From positions 160,423-224,422 of the forward strand of contig JAUYMS010000042.1 of assembly GCA_030698625.1 (NCBI GenBank): DNA of 64,000 nucleotides, in the 5' to 3' direction. Made by a program: the position numbers and the translations under genes. Positions 47,011 to 56,886 of the stretch are shown in pieces. The notes under the pieces are model-generated. The model had not been told where the DNA came from. It saw only the letters and a program-made list of their open reading frames with translations, and did not search any database. The first letter of the stretch is position 1. Every line of letters starts with the position of its first letter. The DNA is from Candidatus Omnitrophota bacterium. GTDB taxonomy: Bacteria; Omnitrophota; Omnitrophia; Omnitrophales; Aquincolibacteriaceae.

Positions 47011-50000
47011 GGATAATTTCTTCCATCGTCGAATTCTTTAGAAGCTCCGGCTCAATGCGGACAGCCTCACGCATAGCATTGCGCATCTCATCCCCCCTGC
47101 CCATTTTGTCATATATCCGTGCTAGATTAATATAACCCGACGAGCTGTTTGGATACAGACGGATAAAACTGCGAAACGCTTCTGCCGCGACCTCATATTT
47201 TTCCTGCTTCTCAGAGACCCAGCCCAATTCCAGATAAGCCGTCGGATGGAGCGGGTAGCTCTTCACAAACCTGCGAACAGATGCGAGCTTTTCCTCATCA
47301 CTGCCGATCGATACTTGGATACTTACGATCCTTTCCAAAGATCCAAAATGCCTTCCCTTCGACCTGATAATTTCCTCATAAACTTTCAGAGCTTCCGGAA
47401 GTTGATGTGCCTTAAAAAGAGCATCGGCGAAAGCCTGGAGGTGTCTTTCGCGTTCCGTCAGTTCTACAGCCCTGCGAAGGTATCCCACGGCACTCTGCGA
47501 GTCTCCTTGTTCCATAAGAACTTTACCGAGGTAGTAATTACCATCCGCGGACTCTGGGTTCGCCTGAACAGCCTGCGTCAGATGTCTGGCTGCTTCAAGT
47601 TTATTATCCGTAAGATAATGCAGAATACCTGCCACCTCTAGGTTTCCCGGATGGTCCGGATTGGTCTCGACAGCCATGTTCAGCACGCGCCGTGCCATCT
47701 GGTAAAATTTGCCTGAAGCGTATCCCTTAGCAACCTCATGCAACAGAGCGACATTTTTCTCCGGCGGCGGGTTGATGTTTTCCATGGGTGGGAAAACCTT
47801 TGTTCTGGCACGATTCAACCATTCGAAATTCATTTTGCCGGTTTTCTCGTAAAGATGTCGCGGGGCTGAGTATTCCAAAATGGGTCGGTTATCACGATGT
47901 ATGGGCGCCTCCCGACTGAGCAGCCGCAGCTCGGTATCATCAAGCCAAAACGTCGCTAAGAAATTGCCGGGCGTTCGCAGGCCGTAGGGCCCTAAATCTT
48001 CGACAAGCTGAGGATTTTCATAGCCTCCCTGAATGCGGGCGAAGTCGACCGGCCGTTTTTCATTGCGGCCGATTAGCATTAAGTCCGGGTAGTCGGATCG
48101 CCAGAGCTGAACATGAGCGAAAGCCTCGCTGAAAGTTCTAACAATCGTCGCAATGTCCTCAGACCCCATGTTATAAGCGTGTAGCCACTGGCACGCAACC
48201 CCTCCCGGCTTCAGGCGGCTGCTCATTGTTTGGAAGTTTTCCAAAGAAAAAAGATTTGCGACGCCCGCCATCCAGGGGTTTGACGGCTCCGAGATAATAA
48301 TGTCATAAAGATCGGGCCTGACAAGAAGGGCATTGCGCCCGTCGTTGACAAAAAGCTTCACACGCGGATCTCTGAGCACGTTTCGATTCATGAAGAGGAA
48401 GAACTCGGACGCCTCTACCACGGCGGGTTCCAATTCGACCACATGCAAAACTTCCGCCGGATGGGATGCCGCAGCCGCAAGCGTCGACGCGCTGCCCAAA
48501 CCGATGATCAATACCTTTTTCGGATTGGGGTGAAGGAGCATGGGAAGATGCCCCAAATAATATTGCGTCAAGGCATCACCGTCTGAGGCATCCGTCTTTC
48601 CGTTGACAGTCAGCGCGATATTGTCCCTAGCGCGCGTAACGGACACGGTAGCGCTCGGGCCATCTTTATGGAACAGTGTTCCTCTGTTGAGAAAGTTCCT
48701 CTGAAATTCCTCATGGCTCAGGCCAACACTTTTCCACGGTTTGGTCACGGAATCACTCGAGTCCATCACCGAAAGATTCCAAGGTTTCACAAGCGAAACG
48801 GCAATCCCAACCGCAAGAAACAATGATGTTCCGGCAGCCAGTCGCTTCCAAACAAAGTTAGGGCGATGCAAGAAAAAGGCAGTGACACCCACCCCGGCAT
48901 TAATAAGTCCCGCGGTCAGTAAAGTCTTCTGAATTCCGATCGCGGGGATGATCAAAAAACCCGTCAGGGCCGAGCCCAGGATTGCGCCTATCGTATTAAA
49001 AAAGTACGCCGCGCCGACTTCGGTTCCGATAGCTGCCGTTCGGCGGTAGATATGGATAAAGCATGTAAAGGCCGCTCCAATCATCAGCGTAGGCATAAAC
49101 ATGACCGCCGAGCAGAGCAAAAATCTGCCAAACTCAAGAACAAGCGAATTCCCTCGAGCCCAAACGAAGAGCTGTATGAAAAAATAAGGAATATCGTCAA
49201 AGAAATTGATACCGATAAGCGATGAGAGAGCCGTAAGCATTTGCAAAGCGGAGAAGGTCATCAAATCGGCTTTAAATCGTTTGGAAAAAACGCTGAACAG
49301 GAAACTTCCCAAGGCTATTCCCAGGAGAAAGGTAGCCAGCATCACCGAAAAGGCGTAAACGGAACTACCGAGAACCGTCGCCATAACCCTTGTCCAGCCG
49401 ACTTCGTAGATCATCGAGACCGCCCCTGATAAACTGAAGAGACAGAGCAGCACCGGTGCTTTTACGCTCTGCTGTCCCGCGGCGGGCGGACTTGCCTGCG
49501 ATTGGGCTTCGTCATCAACAGCTGCGGCCTCAGGCGCATAGTAGCAGCAGACCCCGTAGATCATAAAGTTTATAGCCCCTGTCAGTAGGACCGTCTGCCA
49601 CAGCCCCAGAGCATAAATAGCATAGAAGCCGCTGAACAAGACACCGATGACCGCGCCCAGAGTATTCAAGGCATACAAAAGCCCGACATATCTTGCGGTA
49701 TCCCTTTTCTGACGCACAAAGAACTTCGAAACAACGGGCAGGGTGCCCCCCATCAGGAAAGAAGGGATAAAGAGGACGGTAAAGGCCACAATAAATTTGA
49801 ACAGGCTCGCCTGCATGAATTCAGGATCGACGCCGTGATAAAAAACGATATTAAGACCGTCGATCAGTTTCCATATCAAAGGAGTAATCAAGGCATAGAA
49901 TCCGACACCGGCTTCCAGCAACCCGTAGGTTGCGACCGGCTCCCCCTTGGCATCAATTTTCTTGCCGAAGTACAACGCGCCAAGACCAAGCCCCGCCATA

Positions 50001-50149
50001 TAACTGGACAAAACCGTGCTGGTTGCAAAAGTAGTATTGCCAAACACCAGTGACATCACTTTCAGCCAGGCGATCTCATAGACGAGGCCGCATAAACCCG
50101 ACACAAAGAAACATGCGAGGATTACGGAACGAACGCGGGGAATTTTCAC
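47003..50149 (-). CDS. Fused membrane (MFS-like)/spermidine synthase-like protein with C-terminal TPRs
   Basis: SG.CGLVYEIAW repeats, NTLGA, VLIIGLGS, DGRN, DIIISEPSNPW; TPR tail. Confidence 0.9.
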   Translation of the reverse strand: MKIPRVRSVILACFFVSGLCGLVYEIAWLKVMSLVFGNTTFATSTVLSSYMAGLGLGALYFGKKIDAKGEPVATYGLLEAGVGFYALITPLIWKLIDGLNIVFYHGVDPEFMQASLFKFIVAFTVLFIPSFLMGGTLPVVSKFFVRQKRDTARYVGLLYALNTLGAVIGVLFSGFYAIYALGLWQTVLLTGAINFMIYGVCCYYAPEAAAVDDEAQSQASPPAAGQQSVKAPVLLCLFSLSGAVSMIYEVGWTRVMATVLGSSVYAFSVMLATFLLGIALGSFLFSVFSKRFKADLMTFSALQMLTALSSLIGINFFDDIPYFFIQLFVWARGNSLVLEFGRFLLCSAVMFMPTLMIGAAFTCFIHIYRRTAAIGTEVGAAYFFNTIGAILGSALTGFLIIPAIGIQKTLLTAGLINAGVGVTAFFLHRPNFVWKRLAAGTSLFLAVGIAVSLVKPWNLSVMDSSDSVTKPWKSVGLSHEEFQRNFLNRGTLFHKDGPSATVSVTRARDNIALTVNGKTDASDGDALTQYYLGHLPMLLHPNPKKVLIIGLGSASTLAAAASHPAEVLHVVELEPAVVEASEFFLFMNRNVLRDPRVKLFVNDGRNALLVRPDLYDIIISEPSNPWMAGVANLFSLENFQTMSSRLKPGGVACQWLHAYNMGSEDIATIVRTFSEAFAHVQLWRSDYPDLMLIGRNEKRPVDFARIQGGYENPQLVEDLGPYGLRTPGNFLATFWLDDTELRLLSREAPIHRDNRPILEYSAPRHLYEKTGKMNFEWLNRARTKVFPPMENINPPPEKNVALLHEVAKGYASGKFYQMARRVLNMAVETNPDHPGNLEVAGILHYLTDNKLEAARHLTQAVQANPESADGNYYLGKVLMEQGDSQSAVGYLRRAVELTERERHLQAFADALFKAHQLPEALKVYEEIIRSKGRHFGSLERIVSIQVSIGSDEEKLASVRRFVKSYPLHPTAYLELGWVSEKQEKYEVAAEAFRSFIRLYPNSSSGYINLARIYDKMGRGDEMRNAMREAVRIEPELLKNSTMEEIIHA

Positions 50150-50152
50150 TGG

Positions 50153-52657
50153 TTAGACGGTGTGTGAGGGCGAAAAAAGCTTGCGGAAATCTTCGGTGGC
50201 CAACTGCATTACATCCATGAGTTTCAGAAAATGATCATAGCTGGAGAATATCCATTCGGGAATACTCTGAGCACCGGAACGCCACCTCTTCAGAAGAAAA
50301 AAGAGATCGTCCTGTGCCTGGCGCTGCCTGAGGGAAATGCCCAACCTCTCAGCCAGGCCGTGGATATTCAAACACTCAGTAACGAGATCGGCCCGAGGCT
50401 CCTCCACGAAAGTCTTCATGCGATTTCCCAACTCCTCACTTAGGAACAACGCAGCCGAAGTCTTGTCCATATTGATATGAAACTTGTTAGCCGCCTCCAC
50501 GATCTCGAAAGCGGAATCGACCTTCTTCAGATTAAACCCATCGACGGCAATTTTGCGCACCGCACCCATGAAACGCTTACCGAGCACATGCTCCGCAACG
50601 TAGCGAAACTCGGGCGGAATGGGGAGACGTATTGACCGGTACATCATATTCATACGGCGGTTTTCGTCATAGATTGTTTCGTAGAATTGGCTTACCTTTT
50701 CCATCTGTTCCCGCGTCACCAAGGAGATGATCTTCATCCGGTCTTCCAACAACAGATCCTTCAACCTGAAGTGATTCTCACCGAATTGCGCATCAACTTT
50801 CTCGAGTAATTCAAGGGCCGCAGCATGGTCAATGCCTGTAAAGATATCCTTCTCGATAGCCTCAAAGCATTCTCCTCCGGTGTCCGACTTTACGTAGCAG
50901 CGAAAATCATGGAGCCCCATTTGGATCACGAAAAAGATTAAACTTTTCTCCTCGAGCGTAACTCGAGAATGGATTCGTGCACGCCCCAGTTGGACGGTCA
51001 TTTCGCCGAGCGTCTCGCGGCGGATGTTCGAAACATTGAGATAAGCACAACGATTATCAAGACTGTCCTCGGACGGATAGTAGTCCTTGAAAAGGGAACC
51101 GATCGCATAGTAGCTGACAATGTGTTCGAGTGAGGCCACAGACGGCCTGACTAGGGATTCGTAGACATCTCGGCCGCTACCCCAAAGCCTTAGGTTGCTT
51201 TCCGCCTTTTCAAGGAAGGCAAGAAAATCGGCCTCATAATCGATCCCGCTCACTTCGTGGGCCAATTGCATCGCCCTCGCCGCATACTGGAGTATCTGGA
51301 TGGTTTCAATCCCGGAGATATCGGAAAAAAACCAGCCGCAGCTTGTATACATGAGCATCGAGTGCCGCTGCATTTCAAGGAGCTTCAAGCAGACACTGCG
51401 CTCATCCGGATTGAGCTTTTTCTTCTGATGTCTGCCGAGGAAACTCTCGATTGTCGCTTCACTCCTATCGAGAATAACTTCGATATATTCATCGCGCGCC
51501 TTCCAAACATCACCAAGATATTCCGAACCGCCGCTTTCATAGAGCTTGGCGAGTCGATCGCGCAAACTATTCAGAGAATCCCTGAGCGGTTTACGCCACT
51601 TTTGATTCCACCCCGCACGCGCCCCGGTGGCACACCCGCAATCATCCTTCCACCGCTTGACGCCGTGTGCGCAACTCCAGGCCGTCCCTTCGCCATCCTC
51701 GCCCTCTTTGAGCTTTACCGTATTTTTTGGCGGATGTCGGGCCAGGAATGCCCCATAGTTGGATACATGGTAACCCCGCTCGGGAGCCTCCACGCTGAGG
51801 AAGTACGCAAGAGCTTGCTCGCCGAAGGCCTTATGGTGGCCGTAGGTCTCCCCGTCAGTAGCCACGTGAATAAATTGTGTCGAAGTCGCATTTTTAGCAA
51901 CGGCTCCCTCGATTCGATCCATGAACTGCTTCGCATCTGAGAGAATATTTTCAAACCCCACCGCATGCGATATCGGTCCGTCATAAAAAAATAAACTGAT
52001 AGACCGGTTAGGATCATTCTTAAGCTTATAGCGATAGGCCTGGCGAGGGTCAATACCTCCCGTGGAAACGTCGTGCCACTCGATTTCATCCTTACCGTCC
52101 AGGCTTACCGCTTTGGCCTGATGCGGTGAGAGAATGGTAAACTTCAATCCTTCATCAACAAGAACTTCGAGCGTTTCGTCATTGCAAGCGGTTTCGGGCA
52201 ACCAGATACCTTCGGGGGCACGGCCGAAACGGTGCCGGAAATCGGCAATCCCCCAGCGCACTTGGGTAACTCTGTCCCGGCCATTCGCCAACGGCATAAT
52301 CATGTGGTTATAAACCTGCGCAATTGCATTACCGTGGCCATGGTGAGCGTCGGCGCTGACACGATCGGCTTCCACGACGCGTTGATATGTTTTGGGGTGT
52401 TTATCCTCGAGCCAGGACATCAGGGTGGGGCCGATATTGAAACTCATCTTCTCGAAATTATTGACGATATCAACAATCTTACCGGCATCGTTGAAGATGC
52501 GAGCGCGAGAATTGGCGACATAGCATTCACTATAAATACGCTCGTTCCAATCGTGGAAAGGCTTGGCGCTTTCTTGTCGCTCGATAATTTCTACCCAGGC
52601 GTTTTCTCTGGGAGGTTGATAGAAATGGCCATGCAGACAGACATAGACAGGCTTCAA
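50153..52657 (-). CDS. GH57 glycoside hydrolase with DUF3536
   Basis: HGHFYQPPREN, WLPETA, ATDGETYGHH, WSCAHG, MYTSCGWFF. Confidence 0.93.
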   Translation of the reverse strand: MKPVYVCLHGHFYQPPRENAWVEIIERQESAKPFHDWNERIYSECYVANSRARIFNDAGKIVDIVNNFEKMSFNIGPTLMSWLEDKHPKTYQRVVEADRVSADAHHGHGNAIAQVYNHMIMPLANGRDRVTQVRWGIADFRHRFGRAPEGIWLPETACNDETLEVLVDEGLKFTILSPHQAKAVSLDGKDEIEWHDVSTGGIDPRQAYRYKLKNDPNRSISLFFYDGPISHAVGFENILSDAKQFMDRIEGAVAKNATSTQFIHVATDGETYGHHKAFGEQALAYFLSVEAPERGYHVSNYGAFLARHPPKNTVKLKEGEDGEGTAWSCAHGVKRWKDDCGCATGARAGWNQKWRKPLRDSLNSLRDRLAKLYESGGSEYLGDVWKARDEYIEVILDRSEATIESFLGRHQKKKLNPDERSVCLKLLEMQRHSMLMYTSCGWFFSDISGIETIQILQYAARAMQLAHEVSGIDYEADFLAFLEKAESNLRLWGSGRDVYESLVRPSVASLEHIVSYYAIGSLFKDYYPSEDSLDNRCAYLNVSNIRRETLGEMTVQLGRARIHSRVTLEEKSLIFFVIQMGLHDFRCYVKSDTGGECFEAIEKDIFTGIDHAAALELLEKVDAQFGENHFRLKDLLLEDRMKIISLVTREQMEKVSQFYETIYDENRRMNMMYRSIRLPIPPEFRYVAEHVLGKRFMGAVRKIAVDGFNLKKVDSAFEIVEAANKFHINMDKTSAALFLSEELGNRMKTFVEEPRADLVTECLNIHGLAERLGISLRQRQAQDDLFFLLKRWRSGAQSIPEWIFSSYDHFLKLMDVMQLATEDFRKLFSPSHTV

Positions 52658-52747
52658 GACATGCTCCTAAAAAAACAGCGCAGTCGCCGGAGAGATCTAC
52701 GGGTGGGATTTATTTGAAATTGTCGGAATCTTGGCAACAATCAAACG

Positions 52748-52969
52748 TTAGCCGTTAGATTCCCGCAGAGATACCTTCACAGAGCGGCCGGAGCGAGCTA
52801 GGCTGATCTTTTCTTCACGCGCCAGCCATCCGAGAGCCTGGTTAAAAAGCGAAGCATCGGATACGCCTACTTCCTTCTGCACCGTGGAAGACGGTTTTGC
52901 ACCCTGATTCTCTAAGGCCCTGTAAATTTTTCCTGCGACATCACCGATTGCATAATCTTGTTCGCTCAT
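52748..52969 (-). CDS. Small winged-helix protein (DUF2582-like)
   Basis: IG..AGKIY..L, ALGWLAREEKI. Confidence 0.85.
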   Translation of the reverse strand: MSEQDYAIGDVAGKIYRALENQGAKPSSTVQKEVGVSDASLFNQALGWLAREEKISLARSGRSVKVSLRESNG

Positions 52970-52994
52970 GGTTCATTTCTCCTTTCTCTTAGAA

Positions 52995-54581
52995 CTATTG
53001 GTCACAAAAAACGCGGTAATCGACTTCGGGAAAGATATTGTCCTTATCTTCAAGCTCCTTCAACCAGCCCTCATCAACACTGTTGTTGATAAGGTCTTCG
53101 TAGATCCGTGTAAAATTCAGCAAATGGTTCTTAGTACGCTTAACAGCATAAGGCACCATGGTTCCCGTATGCATGATAAAGGCCCAATCGCTCGATTGGG
53201 CCAGTAAAAGCTCACGGGCAGCCTGGTTCAAAGACCGTTCCACGATGCCATTCTGATTCAAAAAACGGTTCGCCAACTCCCCCATCCTCAAGCTTGCCTT
53301 GTGCAAGTGCGGATAGATCCACTCATTGGCGCCGGAAAGCCAGGTCTCTGAATATCCTTTCCAGCCCCAACTCGACATCGACGGAGTCGAAACCTGGTTG
53401 ACCGGAAACTGTTTGAGGTAGTCGAGCGGCGTTGCCAACCGAATCGTATCCTGGTCATAGGCGATCTTTCTTATGAGAAAATTCAAAAAATCCGGCCCCT
53501 CATACCACCAATGGCCGTAAAGCTCTGCGTCGTAGGGGGCAACCACGATGGGCTTCCTTCCCATGAATTCATAAAGACATTCCACCTGTTTCTGGCGATT
53601 GAACAGGAAATTGCCCGCATGAGTTGCGGCTTTTTCCAAAGCGCGGGCACGCGAATAGGTTTCCTTATGGTCACCCGCACCTGTGATGCGGTGATACTTA
53701 AATCCGGTGCTGACTCTTAAACCGTCGGGAGCAATATAGGGTTTAATATATTCAAAATCGAGGTCGAATCCAATATCGCGGTAGTACTCTCTGTAGTCGT
53801 AGTCTCCCGGATAGCCCTCTTCCGCCGACCAAACCTGCTTCGAAGACTCGAAGTCGCGACCGAAAGCGGCCACGCTTGAATTACAATAGATCGGAGCAAA
53901 TACGCCGAATTTCGGGCGCGGAGACGCGTGCAGAATACCGTGCGTATCGACTAAAAAGTAACGGATACCCGCGCTTTTTAGGTACCGGTCTACGCCTGGA
54001 ACATACCCGCATTCCGGCAGCCATATTCCCACGGGTTTTCTGCCAAACACTTTCTCATACTGTTTCACCGCGGTTTGAATCTGACCGCGCACCGCTCCCG
54101 GCGTGCGGTTGACCAGCGGCAAAAACCCATGAGTCGCGCCGCAAGTAAGAATTTCCAAATACCCGCGATCCTGAAATCTTTTAAAGGCCCATATCAAGTC
54201 ACGGTAATAGCGATTAACAAAGGTGTCGCGGGCCTGTGTAAACTGATAATAGTAATGAAGTGCGGTGTCATGATATGCCGGTTCAAAACGTGTCCGATCG
54301 ATTTCCTTGCCCGCAAGTTCGATCAACCTATCCAGGTGACGCACGTACCGTTCCTGCAACAACGGGTCTTTCAGCATGGAGATCAGGGTCGGCGTCAACG
54401 ACATCGTGAGACGAAAGGGCACGCCGTCGCGCTCAAGCCCCTCAAACATATGAATCAGCGGAATATAGGTCTCGGAAATGGCCTCATAGAGCCAGTTCTC
54501 TTCCAAGAAATATTCGTGCTCGGGGTGGCGAACAAAGGGTAAATGGGCATGAAGAACGATTGAAAGGAGACCCTTTTCCAT
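52995..54581 (-). CDS. GH57 1,4-alpha-glucan branching enzyme (DUF1957)
   Basis: HAHLPFV, WLPECG, PYDAELYGHWWYEG, QSSDWAF. Confidence 0.94.
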   Translation of the reverse strand: MEKGLLSIVLHAHLPFVRHPEHEYFLEENWLYEAISETYIPLIHMFEGLERDGVPFRLTMSLTPTLISMLKDPLLQERYVRHLDRLIELAGKEIDRTRFEPAYHDTALHYYYQFTQARDTFVNRYYRDLIWAFKRFQDRGYLEILTCGATHGFLPLVNRTPGAVRGQIQTAVKQYEKVFGRKPVGIWLPECGYVPGVDRYLKSAGIRYFLVDTHGILHASPRPKFGVFAPIYCNSSVAAFGRDFESSKQVWSAEEGYPGDYDYREYYRDIGFDLDFEYIKPYIAPDGLRVSTGFKYHRITGAGDHKETYSRARALEKAATHAGNFLFNRQKQVECLYEFMGRKPIVVAPYDAELYGHWWYEGPDFLNFLIRKIAYDQDTIRLATPLDYLKQFPVNQVSTPSMSSWGWKGYSETWLSGANEWIYPHLHKASLRMGELANRFLNQNGIVERSLNQAARELLLAQSSDWAFIMHTGTMVPYAVKRTKNHLLNFTRIYEDLINNSVDEGWLKELEDKDNIFPEVDYRVFCDQ

Positions 54582-54584
54582 AAC

Positions 54585-55679
54585 TTACTTAGGCGCCTCC
54601 GGTTTCAAATATGGCGCAGGGCGATCCGTATTTCTTTCAACCTTAGGAACAATCGTCCGTTCTTCCTTATCGTCGGCAGAAGTCGCAGTAGCATCAAGGA
54701 CAATCTTCCCGTCAGGAAGGGCAAAACGCATCGAAAAGGTTCCGTCGGGACGCAGCTTAATGTCCTGTCCCTGAAGCGTGACCTTTGCGTCGGGCTCAGT
54801 AGCACCGTAGACAATAAGTTCACAATCAAGATGAAACCAGAAGCCGCGCTCCTGCTTCTTTATGGGGCTGGAGATGCTGGATACATGGGATGCCCCGGAT
54901 CCGGAGGTAATGGCGCCGCTCAACCGCTGCTCCATCTGGCGACGCAAATCAAGGGAACTCTGCCCCACTGCAAATCCGCCCGAAAGAGCATACATCTTAT
55001 CGAAATCAATCCCCATCCAACGCTCATCAAGCTCATCCGACATGGAGTCACGAGGCACGGTCACTTCATTAGAACGTGCGAGAGCAACAAAGCGTCCGTC
55101 CTCATGCAATAAGCCGATCTCAACGACATAACCGCGCCCGGGTTCAACTTCGATATACCACTGGCGGGCAAGTCCAAAAAGCGGTAAATCACAGAAGGAA
55201 GCGTCTTCGGAGGGGTTGGTAATGTCGTAAACTCGAAGAACGGATTTGACCTGCTCCCGCCTTGCATCCAGTTGAGCCAACGCCCGTTCTTCGTGATCAC
55301 GCTGAATCTCCCAATAGGAAAACATCCAATGAGGGTCGCGAACCATCAAGTAAATGTGATTGTCACCATAACCGCCCGGCAGTTCCCGTTCCGGTATCGG
55401 CATGTAGGATGGCGCTTGTAACTCTTGAACCGGTTCGGATTTCGGAGAGGGCGCGTGGGTAATAGCCTTTTTCGACTTCCTTGCTGCTGACTTTTTAGCT
55501 GAAAGAGGGGCTCTGCGAATCTTCCTAAAAGCCTGCGTTACGACACTCCGCTTTCTCCGCGGCCTGCCCGTAGTTACACGATTGGACGACTTCTTAGACG
55601 CGCCCGAAGCCTTACGGCGTGCGGTCGCCTTCTTTGAAGAGACACGTCGACTCGTCCTTTTTTCGCCAACCGAACGCAT
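54585..55679 (-). CDS. DUF4912 domain protein with Lys/Arg-rich N-terminus
   Basis: ELP..YG, RDP.W...YWE, ARSN, ELIVYGATEPDA, DGTF..RF.LPDG. Confidence 0.9.
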   Translation of the reverse strand: MRSVGEKRTSRRVSSKKATARRKASGASKKSSNRVTTGRPRRKRSVVTQAFRKIRRAPLSAKKSAARKSKKAITHAPSPKSEPVQELQAPSYMPIPERELPGGYGDNHIYLMVRDPHWMFSYWEIQRDHEERALAQLDARREQVKSVLRVYDITNPSEDASFCDLPLFGLARQWYIEVEPGRGYVVEIGLLHEDGRFVALARSNEVTVPRDSMSDELDERWMGIDFDKMYALSGGFAVGQSSLDLRRQMEQRLSGAITSGSGASHVSSISSPIKKQERGFWFHLDCELIVYGATEPDAKVTLQGQDIKLRPDGTFSMRFALPDGKIVLDATATSADDKEERTIVPKVERNTDRPAPYLKPEAPK

Positions 55680-55915
55680 TGCGAGATCCTGTTCCTCTTA
55701 TAGCTGTGAAATTCCAGGTGTTACAGGGGAAAGCATTATAACAAAAAAAGTTCGTAGGAAGCTAACTTTACTTAACCATCCAGAACTATTCTCAGCAATA
55801 TTCGTGCCTAAATATGGGGGGCCTTCTTACTCACAAAGTGGCTTCCAAAGGCAAAACTTGACAAAAATGTAGCATTTTGTAGCCATTAATGTCAGCGCTG
55901 AATGGTCTGGGCGGC

Positions 55916-56398
55916 TTAGATAGCCGCCTGGGCTCGGAGGCGCTTATTGATCTCGTAGAGCTGCGGCCCGAGAACTTCTTGAGCGACCGTCTCTTTGTCT
56001 TCCCCGTTGTAGTAGTCGTACTCCATGACAGCCGCAATCTTGACCATGGTATAGAGAGCAAACGCCTCCATGGGAGGATTCCCCTCAAGAAGGGCATCGA
56101 TCTTGGCCGCATAAAAGTTCGCGGAATTGAGGATGGCTGCATTTTCGCGATCACGAAAAAGTCCCAGGGTTTGGTCCACGGCATAAATCTTGTCATTCTG
56201 TCGGAGATTTTTCCAGCTGCTCATATTATCGAACAGCTCTCGCAGGACATCTTCGATTTTATCGGAGGGAGCATCCTGTAAGGATGTCTGTTGCGTTTCA
56301 TTTCTTGCAGAACCAATTTGGCGGGAGATAATTGTCGCGGTCAAAGCATTCGTCAGCACGAGCAAGAAACCCATCATCACGAATGCTCTTATCTTCAC
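55916..56398 (-). CDS. Hypothetical membrane-anchored protein
   Basis: N-terminal TM; 4-nt overlap with the upstream regulator. Confidence 0.65.
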   Translation of the reverse strand: MKIRAFVMMGFLLVLTNALTATIISRQIGSARNETQQTSLQDAPSDKIEDVLRELFDNMSSWKNLRQNDKIYAVDQTLGLFRDRENAAILNSANFYAAKIDALLEGNPPMEAFALYTMVKIAAVMEYDYYNGEDKETVAQEVLGPQLYEINKRLRAQAAI

Positions 56399-56805
56399 AG
56401 ATCCTCTTCTTCAACCGCAGGATCGACTTCCCTGCCGGCAAAAACATCCTTAGCCAACTGCAATAGCCCGCCGACATCAGGCTTATAAATCACGCCGACG
56501 GCACCCGCGTTCAAGCATTCTTCTTCAAACGCAACCTTGTGATGCCCTGTAAACATAATTACCGGAATCTCCTTGGTTTCCTGATTCATCTTTAATTTAT
56601 GGCAAGCCTCAAGACCCGTCATACCGGGCATCAGGTGATCAAGAATAACCAAATCGGGTTTAACGTCTTTGGCCTTTTCGAGCATCTCCGCACCGCTTTC
56701 AACCGCCATAACGTCAAAATTGCTCTTCTTTAGACGAGAAACCATGATCTTACAAATGGTTCGCTCATCATCTACAAACAGTATTCTTTTAACGGGTTCA
56801 CTCAT
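56395..56805 (-). CDS. Single-domain response regulator
   Basis: ILFVDDE, LDHLMP, FTG, KP. Confidence 0.92.
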   Translation of the reverse strand: MSEPVKRILFVDDERTICKIMVSRLKKSNFDVMAVESGAEMLEKAKDVKPDLVILDHLMPGMTGLEACHKLKMNQETKEIPVIMFTGHHKVAFEEECLNAGAVGVIYKPDVGGLLQLAKDVFAGREVDPAVEEEDL

Positions 56806-56886
56806 AATATCAACCTTGCCCCTTACGCTGAGATAATGCCAGAAACTGCTTCAAATCGCAAGACCTGCGAAAGCTCAAGCCGCGGA

